NCBI GenBank assembly: GCA_964499705.1
Contig: CAZCME010000008.1
Span: 1 to 64,000 of the forward strand
DNA from: an uncultured bacterium
GTDB taxonomy: Bacteria; UBA8481
Reading direction: 5' to 3'
Length of the DNA: 64,000 nucleotides
Shown one piece after another: positions 1 through 8,330 of this stretch (position 1 is the stretch's first letter; each line of letters starts with the position of its first letter). The notes below the pieces were generated by a model that was not told the DNA's origin, ran no database searches, and saw nothing but the letters and a program-made list of their open reading frames with translations. Position numbers and translations under genes: made by a program.

Positions 1-696
1 CGGCCGTTCGACACGCCCTTTTCTGTCGGCGTCCCCCTTCTCGTGCGCGATGAAGGTGAAGCCGTATCGTTCCGCAAATACCTCCATCTCCGGAACCGGA
101 ACCATCTCCCGTCCCGTCCCCCGCAGCGTCACGACATGCGTGTTGTCGATCATGCATCGACTGCATGCTCCACCGAAATATTTCAACGCCTCCGTCAGGA
201 AGAGTTTGCAATAGAACCGGGTGAAGCGCGGATACATCTGCATGAAGATCATCCGCGAATAACAGAGCACCGCGCTTGCCGTCTGGACGCGGCGCTTCCG
301 TCCGCCAAGCATCACGTCGTGCGGCGATGTGTCGTGCTGCATCTCCTCGCCGGGACCGAACGTGTACTCGCCCGCGACCTTCTGCGGCTTCCTGCCGATT
401 CCGTGACGGCGACAGAATCCCGTCAGGGCTTGATACGAGAATGCGATCTCCGCCTTCGCCAGTTCCTCGTGCACCCGCACAAGATTTCCGCCGCACGATT
501 CGTGCAATTCGCGGATCCGGTCAAGGTGCGCGTCGGCTTTCTCCGGACGTTGGATCCGCGGCGGCGGCGCGCCGCCCGCCGTCAGGACCTTCTTGATCGT
601 CCCTCGTGAAACTTTCAGCGCCCGCGCAATCGCACGCGTCGCATGCCCCTCCTCAGAGAGTTTCAGTATCGCCGTTCTTGTCGGCTCGTTAAGCAT
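1..696 (-). CDS. istA: IS21-family transposase IstA, N-terminal part (runs off the window start; not in the ORF track)
   Basis: Manual translation from ATG at 696: MLNEPTRTAILKLSERGHATRAIARALKVSRGTIKKVL (HTH) ... PGEEMQHDTS ... VLCYSRMIF ... CMIDN ... DRKGRVERP, the IstA DDE core pattern. Start overlaps the upstream ParB-like gene, whose stop is at 689-691. Confidence 0.9.
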   Translation of the reverse strand, partial: MLNEPTRTAILKLSEEGHATRAIARALKVSRGTIKKVLTAGGAPPPRIQRPEKADAHLDRIRELHESCGGNLVRVHEELAKAEIAFSYQALTGFCRRHGIGRKPQKVAGEYTFGPGEEMQHDTSPHDVMLGGRKRRVQTASAVLCYSRMIFMQMYPRFTRFYCKLFLTEALKYFGGACSRCMIDNTHVVTLRGTGREMVPVPEMEVFAERYGFTFIAHEKGDADRKGRVERP

Positions 697-1576
697 TGAA
701 CTCCTTCAACAGTCTCACTCCCATGTTCGTCACGTCGACTTCGGTCTGCGCGACGGCCTTCACAACCTCGTCTCTTTCCTCAGGGAGAACGCGTTGCGCG
801 ATCCCTTCCCGGAGTTTCTTGTGGAGCCGCCTTGCCACTCCTTCGATGATTCCCAGGTCATCCAGCAGAACTCTTCCTGCAGTCGGCTCGATCGTCGGAG
901 CCTTGCTTTCATCGCAGGCTCGAAGAAACAGCGCCGGGTTCTCGATGATCTTCTCCCGCGTCTCCTTGTTCGCGCCCGTGTACGCCACATACACCTCGCG
1001 CATCTGCCGCGCCGAAATCGAAAGCGGTGCGATCGTCTTTGTAAGGCGCGCCGCGTCGCGTCGATTGGCGCGCGCCAACGGCACGAGATATTTCATCGCC
1101 GCATACGCGCCGATCCTCCCGTCGCGCACTTCTTCCTGCACTTCCGTCGGCAAAGTCTTCACCAGGCCCAGGCGTCTGCTCACCCAGCTCGCCGATCGAT
1201 CGAACCGCCGCGCCAATTCCACAGCGCTCATGCCGCAACGATCCGAGAGATCCTGCAATCGCCACGCCTCCTCCAGCGGGCCGTCCGATCCTTCACGTCG
1301 CATCAGAGCTTCGAGCATCACCGCTTCCACTTCGCAGACATCCCATCGCGTTCCCCTGATCGTGTCGCGCCCCAGTTTCTTCAGCGCGCGAACACGCTTG
1401 TATCCGTCGACGACGATCGGCACCTGGGCTTCCAGAGGTGCCGGATCCAACACGAAGACGATCGGGAACTGCTGCCCGATCTCCGCCAGCGAGATCAAAA
1501 GCCTCGACTCCTTCTTCCGATCGCGCCTCCGGAGCCGCTCATATCGCAGATCCAGAGTGTCCAGTTCGTATTCCAC
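689..1576 (-). CDS. ParB/Spo0J-like protein (ParB N-terminal domain plus HTH) inside the IS21-type element
   Basis: SLAEIGQQFPIV ... VVDGYKRVRALKKLG (ParB-N motif); PLEEAW ... ELARRFDRSASWVSRRLGL (ParB HTH); GAGG-rich SD-like sequence upstream of GTG. Confidence 0.85.
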   Translation of the reverse strand: MEYELDTLDLRYERLRRRDRKKESRLLISLAEIGQQFPIVFVLDPAPLEAQVPIVVDGYKRVRALKKLGRDTIRGTRWDVCEVEAVMLEALMRREGSDGPLEEAWRLQDLSDRCGMSAVELARRFDRSASWVSRRLGLVKTLPTEVQEEVRDGRIGAYAAMKYLVPLARANRRDAARLTKTIAPLSISARQMREVYVAYTGANKETREKIIENPALFLRACDESKAPTIEPTAGRVLLDDLGIIEGVARRLHKKLREGIAQRVLPEERDEVVKAVAQTEVDVTNMGVRLLKEFNA

Positions 1577-1603
1577 CTCGTCCTCAACCTCTCGAAGGAA
1601 GTT

Positions 1604-1954
1604 TCATCTCATCACGCATCCTTCTTGACCGCACAAGACGCATGACGCCCTTTCGGGACATATTCTGGTCACCGGAAACTCGGTTTCGGAAGAGTCTGAT
1701 CTATTACTATTTTCAGAAGGGACGATTTTCCGGATCGGCACGACTCGTCTGCGAAATGCAGCGGCCGCATGAGCGCGCCGTTCCTTCCCGTGCTTTTTGT
1801 CCAGGTATCGACGCTGGGCGGCATTCAATTGTCGTCGACGCGCGATGCGTCGGCATGAATCGCCACAGTATTTCTGGCCGCAATAGCACCGGTGGCAGAG
1901 GACGAACCACCATCCGCACTCCACGCACAGGATTCCGCGGAGTGGTTTTCCCAT
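1604..1954 (-). CDS. Small Cys-rich, basic putative Zn-binding protein (IS21-associated hypothetical)
   Basis: CVEC..CHRC..YCGDSC followed by an Arg-rich helix and a C-terminal CVLC; co-oriented directly upstream of parB-like and istA. Confidence 0.7.
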   Translation of the reverse strand: MGKPLRGILCVECGWWFVLCHRCYCGQKYCGDSCRRIARRRQLNAAQRRYLDKKHGKERRAHAAAAFRRRVVPIRKIVPSENSNRSDSSETEFPVTRICPERASCVLCGQEGCVMR

Positions 1955-2043
1955 TCACCCATCCGGATCGCACTTGATTTTTAGCCCGGATCGAGCGATA
2001 TAATGACTCATCGTGTTTTGTGCGCGATCCGCGCATGAACGTG

Positions 2044-2072
2044 GGCCCGGGATGTCCGTCCCGGGCCTTTTT
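2044..2072 (+). terminator. Intrinsic terminator-like hairpin facing out of the IS21 element
   Basis: GGCCCGGGA-tgtccg-TCCCGGGCC perfect 9-bp stem followed by TTTTT. Confidence 0.6.
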
Positions 2073-2442
2073 CCGTTCAGGGTTGCTTTTATATCGAGTG
2101 GGCTATTGGCTCAAGGGGATCGGCGTGGTCTCTCAGGACGGGTGGCCCTGTTCTGGAGAGCAGAGGCGGGTCAATTCTGGAGAGCGGTGAAGGCCCGTCA
2201 CGGCCTTTGCGTGCTCGATTGATTGCGGGAGCAAATATATTATGATGGCTTCATGAATATTGTCGCTGACGATTCTGTCCGCAAAGTCCGCGCCGGTCGA
2301 AACGTTCGCAAGACCGGAGATACTGAGAAAATCAACTTACCCAAAAATGAGACGGGCGGCCGCCTCGCCGATAAGGTGAGCGGTCGTTCCGTTTCATGTA
2401 TGAAGAACCGGAAATGCATCACGGACAACCGGCGTCATGCTA

Positions 2443-2487
2443 ACTTAGATCAGGCGATTTTCTGTTCAACGTACGGGGGGAAGCTCA
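2443..2487. mobile_element. Possible isolated terminal inverted repeat of an IS3-type element
   Basis: Minus strand reads TGAGCTTCCCCCCGTACGTTGAACA, resembling IS3-family TG..CCCC..ACA termini; its TG starts exactly at the point where the IS110 ORF is truncated. No cognate transposase is visible. Confidence 0.35.
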
Positions 2488-2658
2488 CCCCATGGCCTCC
2501 ACGGCCACAACAACATGAGGCTTATACCTCATGACGAAATTGAGAAGCTCCGTGGGACAGCAACGGATTGTACGCTCCGCTAATACATGCCCCTCCTCAT
2601 CCATGGCCGCCAGCCGAACTGATCTGGCATGTTGATCCGCACCGATGTAAACTTTCAT
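2485..2658 (-). pseudogene. IS110-family transposase/recombinase, truncated N-terminal DEDD (RuvC-like) fragment, 57 aa
   Basis: Manual translation: MKVYIGADQHARSVRLAAMDEEGHVLAERTIRCCPTELLNFVMRYKPHVVVAVEAMG*, matching the IS110 YIGxDxH ... DxxG ... VAxEAxG pattern; strong AGGAGG SD upstream. Too short for the ORF track. Confidence 0.75.
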
Positions 2659-2893
2659 TGGTGATACCTCCTAGAGTGGAATTGTGTGTCCCAGATATTA
2701 TGGGTGAACACGTTAGAACCCGTTAGGGTATGGTGCGATCCTCTGGATTGGCACGTTTGTCCAACGGAGGTATCACCACTTTTCCGCTCTATTCCAGAAT
2801 CACATAGGAGTATTCCCGCTCAGGATGGGGGGCAGGTCGACACGACTTGCTTGCAGATTGTCGCGCGTGGGCATAATCTCGGAAGTTGAACTT

Positions 2894-3616
2894 ATGGGCA
2901 GAATATTCGAAACACGCAAGCACACGATGTTCGCGCGCTGGGACAAATTGTCCAAGGCATTCACCAAGATCGGGCGGGACATCTCCATCGCGGTGGGCAA
3001 GGGCGGTCCGAATCCGGAGAGCAATCCCATTCTGCGTCGTGTCATTCAGAACGCGCGCGCCATCAACATGCCGCGCGACAAGATCGAGAAGGCGATCCAG
3101 CGTGCTTCCGGACGCGATGCCGCGGGTTTCGAGGAGGCGCTGTATGAAGCGTATGCTCCGCACGGCGTCGCGCTGCTGATCGAATGCGCCACCGATAATC
3201 CAACCCGCACGGCGGGGAACCTCCGGTCCATTCTCACGAAGGGTAATGGCACCATGGCCGGGACGGGCAGCGTCTCCTTTCTGTTTCAGCACATGGGAGT
3301 CTTTCGCCTGAATCCGGCCGGGATCGATGCGGAGACGCTGGAGCTCGATCTGATCGACTTCGGTCTTGAGGAGATGGGCGAAAGCACGAGCGATAAAGGA
3401 GAGCCTCAGCTGGTGGTGCGCTGCGCGTTCGCCGATTTCGGTCGGATGCAGAATGCGCTCGAAGATCGCAAGATCGCTCCTCTATCGGCGACTTCGGAAT
3501 ATATCCCGACGACGAGCGTGGAGCTTCCCGAGGCTCACGCGACCGAAGCGCTGCGGCTCATCGACATGCTCGAACAGGATGACGACGTGCAGAACGTCTT
3601 TCACAACCTCCGGTGA
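2894..3616 (+). CDS. yebC: YebC/PmpR (TACO1) family protein
   Basis: MGRIFETRK ... FTKIGRDI ... [11 protein letters not shown] ... [11 protein letters not shown] ... [23 protein letters not shown] ... [10 protein letters not shown]. Start moved to ATG 2894 to match the family N-terminus. Confidence 0.95.
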   Translation: MGRIFETRKHTMFARWDKLSKAFTKIGRDISIAVGKGGPNPESNPILRRVIQNARAINMPRDKIEKAIQRASGRDAAGFEEALYEAYAPHGVALLIECATDNPTRTAGNLRSILTKGNGTMAGTGSVSFLFQHMGVFRLNPAGIDAETLELDLIDFGLEEMGESTSDKGEPQLVVRCAFADFGRMQNALEDRKIAPLSATSEYIPTTSVELPEAHATEALRLIDMLEQDDDVQNVFHNLR

Positions 3617-3796
3617 GGGCTACCACCGCTTCCTGATATTCCCCTTGGCGCTTTCGTTATGCTCAGGATACTTCTTCGCGCCACCCGGTATTTCGTCCCC
3701 TCCTTTTCTCCACCGGTGACCCGCCGTCTTCGACGATTCCGCATCGCGCGAATCCACACCCGTGACATCGACAGGTTTGAATCATACGATTCCTGC

Positions 3797-6595
3797 ATGA
3801 AGGAAAAAACCAAGGGCGGCAAATCCGAGCCTGTGCTTGAGTCATGGCTCGAGCTGGACCTCACCGAAGCGACTCGGCGCGGGGAATTATCATCCGCGTT
3901 CGAAGTCGACGACCTTGTGGACACGGTCTTCGAGGTCGTTTCGGCGGGACGGCGACCCGTCCTGACCGGTTCCCCCGGTTCCGGCAAGACATCCGTCGTG
4001 CACGGATGCGCCCGGCGGGCGCTCCTGCCGGCGCATTCCGGACTGTTCGGGTCTCGCCGGATCCTGAAGCTTTCGCTCCGCAGGAAGGCCGCCAGCCTGA
4101 AGAATCCGGATCAGATCCGGCCGGAATTTCTGAAGCTCATCGAGGAATTGCGCGCGAAGCAGGACCGGATCATTCCGTACTTTTCGGATTTTCACCTCGC
4201 GTACCAGTTCGGACTGGAACCGCAGTTCTGCGCCCTTTCGCTGCGGATCGAAGGACCGATCCTCTGCGAAGGCGATCTCGCCACGACGGAAATGATGATC
4301 CAGTATGAGCCCGAACTGGATCAACATTACGTCACGATTCCCGTCGTGGAGCCGGACTTCGACCGTGTGAAGCGGATCGCGATCGCGTGGGCCGCGGAGG
4401 AGACGACGCGGGTCGGAACGCGCCTGTCGGATGACGCCGTCGACGAGGCGGCGCACCTGGCCTTCCGATTTCTTTCCCGCTCGAGTCCGCTCCGGAAAAC
4501 CATCGACCTGCTCTCGCATGCCGCGACGCTTTCGGAATCGAACACCGTGACGGCGACCGATGTGATCGACCGCTTCAGCGCGTCCTGTCGCGTGCCGCGC
4601 GTCCTGGTGGATCCGTCGGTGCCACTGGACGTGGAATCCCTGGAGGCGACATTTCGCGACCGGGTGCTGGGACAGGAGGAAGCGGTGCGGTCCGTCATCG
4701 GCAGGATCGGAATCATCAAGGCCGGACTGTCCGACCTGCGCCGGCCCTTCGCGGCCTTTCTCTTCGCGGGGCCGACCGGCGTGGGCAAAACGCACCTCGC
4801 GCAGCTCCTGGCGGAATACCTCTTCGGAAGCCGCGACCGCGTGCTTCGCTTCAACATGGCGGACTACCAGGGGGATTCGGGAGGGGAACTGCTCTTCGGG
4901 AATCCCGACGGGCACAACCTCGCGCAGATGCGCGGCCAATTGACCCTGCGCGTCCTCTCGCATCCTTTCGGCGTGTTGCTGCTGGACGAATTCGAGAAAG
5001 CCCACGCCAAGGTGCACGACCGTTTCTTCCAGCTGATGGACGAAGGATGCTTCATCAACGGAGCGAGGGAGACCGTATCGTGCCGATCGATGATCATCAT
5101 CGCGACATCGAACGCCGGCGCGGAAGCGTTCCGCAATCCTCCCCTGGGATTCGAAGGACGGATCGCGGACGGCAACCTGCGTGAGCACCTGGAGCGAAAG
5201 CTTCTGGACATCTTCCGGACGGAGTTTCTGAACCGATTCGACGAGATCGTCTATTTCCATCCCCTGCGCCGCGAGCATGTCCGGACGATCGCGCGCCGGG
5301 AACTCGACGCGCCGGAAAAGCGATCGGGGCTTACACAGAGGCAGTATTCGCTCGACATCGACGAATCGATCCTCGACTGGCTGGCCGCTCACGGATACGA
5401 CCCACGACACGGGGCACGGTTCCTGAGGCGAACGCTGGAACGGACCGTCACAGGGACCCTGGCTAAGACCATCGTCCGCGCACCGCTGGAAGCGGGAACG
5501 CGCATCCGGCTGGCCGTACGGGGCGGAAGAGTCGCAGCGACCGTCGTGCTGGACAAACCTCCGGCGGACAACCGTGTCCCGGTCACGCTCCCGATGGGGA
5601 ACCGCGACGTGCGACGGCGAATGAACCGAGGGGAGCTGGAAGCGGAATGGAAACGCCTGAAGGATGCGGCAGGAATCCGGACGGCCGAGATGGACGCGCG
5701 CATCCGACAGCGCGATGCATTGATCGCGGCCATGAATGAGCCATCCTTCTGGAACGATCCCGCGTCCAGCAGGACAACGCTGGAACAATTCCGGGATCTT
5801 GATGTCACGATTCAATGCGAGAAGAGACTGGCTGACGCTCTATCAGAAACGCTCAGTAGCGAGTTCGAGAAGTCCCTGGATGTCGATCAGATTGTGGAAC
5901 GCGTGGAGCGGGCGGGAATCCTCCTGGCGGAATGGCAGGAGCGATTATCCCCCGACGCTTCCTCCTCGATCTGGCTGATCGTCTCCGCACATGATTCCCG
6001 CGAGCCGGCTTCGGAGTGGATCGAAGAACTGGCGGAGATGGAATGCGGCTGGTGCCGGCAATCCGGGCTCACCGTGGAACCTGTAGCTTACGCCATGCAC
6101 GACGGAAAACTCGCGCGCGCGGCATTCTTCGTGGACGGCCCCGGCGCCGAGGCATATTTGCGCATGGAAGAAGGCCTGCACCGCCGCACTCGATCGGAAG
6201 GAGGCGATTGGAAAGCCCGGATGGAGATCGTGCCCGTCAGTTCTCCGGAGGCGGATTTTTCCGGACGCCTTTCCGACGCGCGGCAGCATACGGGAGCGTT
6301 CGGCATGCGCGTATCGAAACGTGGACGGCTGGAACTCCGCGGACGTGGAATGATCCTGGAATTTTTCGGAGCTCGGGAAGAGGCCATGAATCATCTGCTG
6401 GCGGATCTCGAAAGAGCGTGGATGACGGCTCCGCGCGAGGAACCCGCGGTCGCGCGGATTTACGGGCGAGACGGAACAGGGGGCGTCGATCCGCGAACGG
6501 GGGCCAGCGTGCCGCGTATCAAGTCGGTCCTGAAGGGGGATCTGGACACCTTCCTCGACGGGTGGAGAAACCTCGCCTTGCAGCAGGAACGTTGA
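3797..6595 (+). CDS. ClpA/ClpB-type double AAA+ ATPase with C-terminal release-factor-2-like (PCRF) domain
   Basis: AAA1 Walker A GSPGSGKT with degenerate Walker B (YFSDFH); AAA2 VLGQEEAV ... FLFAGPTGVGKT ... LLLDEFEKAH ... TSN ... EFLNRFD ... GARFLRR. C-terminus has RF2-like segments EPSFWNDP, GAEAYLRMEEGLHRR and DPRTG...VLKGDLDTFL. Start uncertain (ORF open from 3659). Confidence 0.85.
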   Translation: MKEKTKGGKSEPVLESWLELDLTEATRRGELSSAFEVDDLVDTVFEVVSAGRRPVLTGSPGSGKTSVVHGCARRALLPAHSGLFGSRRILKLSLRRKAASLKNPDQIRPEFLKLIEELRAKQDRIIPYFSDFHLAYQFGLEPQFCALSLRIEGPILCEGDLATTEMMIQYEPELDQHYVTIPVVEPDFDRVKRIAIAWAAEETTRVGTRLSDDAVDEAAHLAFRFLSRSSPLRKTIDLLSHAATLSESNTVTATDVIDRFSASCRVPRVLVDPSVPLDVESLEATFRDRVLGQEEAVRSVIGRIGIIKAGLSDLRRPFAAFLFAGPTGVGKTHLAQLLAEYLFGSRDRVLRFNMADYQGDSGGELLFGNPDGHNLAQMRGQLTLRVLSHPFGVLLLDEFEKAHAKVHDRFFQLMDEGCFINGARETVSCRSMIIIATSNAGAEAFRNPPLGFEGRIADGNLREHLERKLLDIFRTEFLNRFDEIVYFHPLRREHVRTIARRELDAPEKRSGLTQRQYSLDIDESILDWLAAHGYDPRHGARFLRRTLERTVTGTLAKTIVRAPLEAGTRIRLAVRGGRVAATVVLDKPPADNRVPVTLPMGNRDVRRRMNRGELEAEWKRLKDAAGIRTAEMDARIRQRDALIAAMNEPSFWNDPASSRTTLEQFRDLDVTIQCEKRLADALSETLSSEFEKSLDVDQIVERVERAGILLAEWQERLSPDASSSIWLIVSAHDSREPASEWIEELAEMECGWCRQSGLTVEPVAYAMHDGKLARAAFFVDGPGAEAYLRMEEGLHRRTRSEGGDWKARMEIVPVSSPEADFSGRLSDARQHTGAFGMRVSKRGRLELRGRGMILEFFGAREEAMNHLLADLERAWMTAPREEPAVARIYGRDGTGGVDPRTGASVPRIKSVLKGDLDTFLDGWRNLALQQER

Positions 6596-6671
6596 GAACG
6601 GGATCTCCGCTTTCGCACCGCTGACCAAGAAGGGGATGAGCGCGATGCGGGAAGACGGTCTCGCGATCAGA

Positions 6672-8330
6672 TCAGGCGGGATCCGTCCACATATCGTGTG
6701 ATTTTATAAGAGCTGCCATGCGGTCGTAGGCTTCCTTGATGGGGATGCCTTTCTCCACGCAATCGTATCCCTTGTAGAGATTGATCTTACCGGGCGCTCC
6801 GCCGACAAATCCGAAGTCGGCATCGGCCATCTCACCGGGGCCGTTGACGATACAGCCCATCACGGCGATCTTGACGCCCTTCAGATGCGAGAATCGCCTT
6901 TTGACAAGCTGAGTCACCTCGGGAAGATCGAAGAGCGTCCGGCCGCAGGATGGACAGGCAATGATCTCGACACGGGAAATGCGCGTCAGGGAATTCTGGA
7001 GAATACCGATCGCGAGATTATGCCGGGTCTCCGGAGTCATCGCGCCGGCGGCATCCGCCTGAATCTCCACGGCATCCCCGTATCCCTCGATGAGCGGGAC
7101 TCCGACAGCCACCGCGGCGGCGAGCGCGGGATCGGCATTCCCCACGTGCTTGTACGACAGGATAACAGGAGCGGCTCCGATGTGGGGGATGACGCGGCGG
7201 ACAAAATGAATGGAGGTCGCGGGATCGGTGATCACGAGGCGATAGACATGGGATCCATCCGTCGCCAGGTTGTCTCCCGGAATCCATTTTTCATCCTGAT
7301 ACAAGTCGATGATGCCGCGATACTCGGCCGGATTCGCTTCCACGGGAATATCGTCTCCTTTTGCCGTCACGATATAATCGCCGCAGATCCGGACAGGATT
7401 GGCTCCGCCGATGATACCATGCGCATCCGTGGTTCTCCGGGGCGTGAGCGGGCGAATCTCCGACATCGGGCCGAAAGAGTCGTAATGAAAAAGAGCCGCC
7501 AGTTCGCGCGCGACGGGAATCTCATCCTCGGGCGGCTCGGCCAGAGAAACGCGGATCGTATCACCGATCCCATCCGCGAGGAGCGCTCCGATTCCGACAG
7601 CGGAACGGATCCGGCCGTCCTCCCCTTCACCCGCTTCCGTAACCCCGAGATGAAACGGATAATTCATGTTCTCCTTGTCCATCGCGATCGCAAGCAGGCG
7701 GTAGGCCTGAACCATGACACGCGGATTGGAGGCCTTCATCGAGAGAATGATATCGTGGTAATCGAGATCGCGGGCTATACGGACATATTCCAGAGCGGAC
7801 TCGACCATCCCCTCCGGAGTATCTCCATAGCGGCACATGATTCGATCGGAGAGAGAACCGTGGTTGGTGCCTATCCTGACGGCGATGCCGCGGCTCTTCA
7901 TCAACGTATACAGCGGGGTCACCTTCTCGCGTATGCGATCGATCTCCGCGTTGTAAGCTTCATCGGAAAAGTCGAACGACTGGCCAGCCTTATGGTCGGC
8001 GAAATTCCCCGGATTGATCCGGACTTTATCCGCGTGCTTGGCGGCTTCCATCGCGGCGGCGGGAACAAAATGAATATCCGCGACGATAGGAGTCGTGACA
8101 CCCTGCTCCGCGAGCCGCGACTTGACGGCCGCGAGAAGCGCGGCATCAGGAACCTTGGGAGTGGAAATACGGCTGATCTCGCAACCGGCCTGCTGGAGAC
8201 GAACGCACTCGGCGACGGTGCCGTCGACATCCTGCGGAGGCGCCGTCGTCATCGACTGAAGGCGGATCGGATTCTCCGCGCCGACCCCTACGCTGCCCAC
8301 GCGAACCTCGCGCGTCCTTCGGCGCATCAT
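6672..8330 (-). CDS. ispG: (E)-4-hydroxy-3-methylbut-2-enyl-diphosphate synthase, long form with insertion domain
   Basis: RLQSMTT, VADIHF, KVRINPGN, RIGTNHGSLS, HLGVTEAG, GDTIRVSL, IACPSCGR, AVMGCIVNGPGE. Confidence 0.97.
   Translation of the reverse strand: MMRRRTREVRVGSVGVGAENPIRLQSMTTAPPQDVDGTVAECVRLQQAGCEISRISTPKVPDAALLAAVKSRLAEQGVTTPIVADIHFVPAAAMEAAKHADKVRINPGNFADHKAGQSFDFSDEAYNAEIDRIREKVTPLYTLMKSRGIAVRIGTNHGSLSDRIMCRYGDTPEGMVESALEYVRIARDLDYHDIILSMKASNPRVMVQAYRLLAIAMDKENMNYPFHLGVTEAGEGEDGRIRSAVGIGALLADGIGDTIRVSLAEPPEDEIPVARELAALFHYDSFGPMSEIRPLTPRRTTDAHGIIGGANPVRICGDYIVTAKGDDIPVEANPAEYRGIIDLYQDEKWIPGDNLATDGSHVYRLVITDPATSIHFVRRVIPHIGAAPVILSYKHVGNADPALAAAVAVGVPLIEGYGDAVEIQADAAGAMTPETRHNLAIGILQNSLTRISRVEIIACPSCGRTLFDLPEVTQLVKRRFSHLKGVKIAVMGCIVNGPGEMADADFGFVGGAPGKINLYKGYDCVEKGIPIKEAYDRMAALIKSHDMWTDPA

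Larger units (their letters stand above)
1..2192 (-). mobile_element. Left part of an IS21-family element (Zn-finger - ParB-like - istA; istB expected beyond the window)
   Basis: istA plus two TTCTGGAGAGC direct repeats (2151-2161 and 2175-2185, 24-bp period) in a terminus reading CTTCACCGCTCTCCAGAATTGACCC on the minus strand, consistent with the multiple transposase-binding repeats of IS21 ends. Exact end is approximate. Confidence 0.7.

Noticed and set aside
43-1645. + strand ORFs of 188, 350 and 310 aa
   Set aside because: Antisense shadows of istA and the ParB-like gene; no motifs of their own.
2223-2534. 103-aa + strand ORF
   Set aside because: No recognisable family; it runs across the putative IS3-like end and overlaps the IS110 fragment on the other strand.
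3890-5815. 641-aa minus-strand ORF
   Set aside because: Antisense to the Clp-like ATPase; typical high-GC shadow frame.
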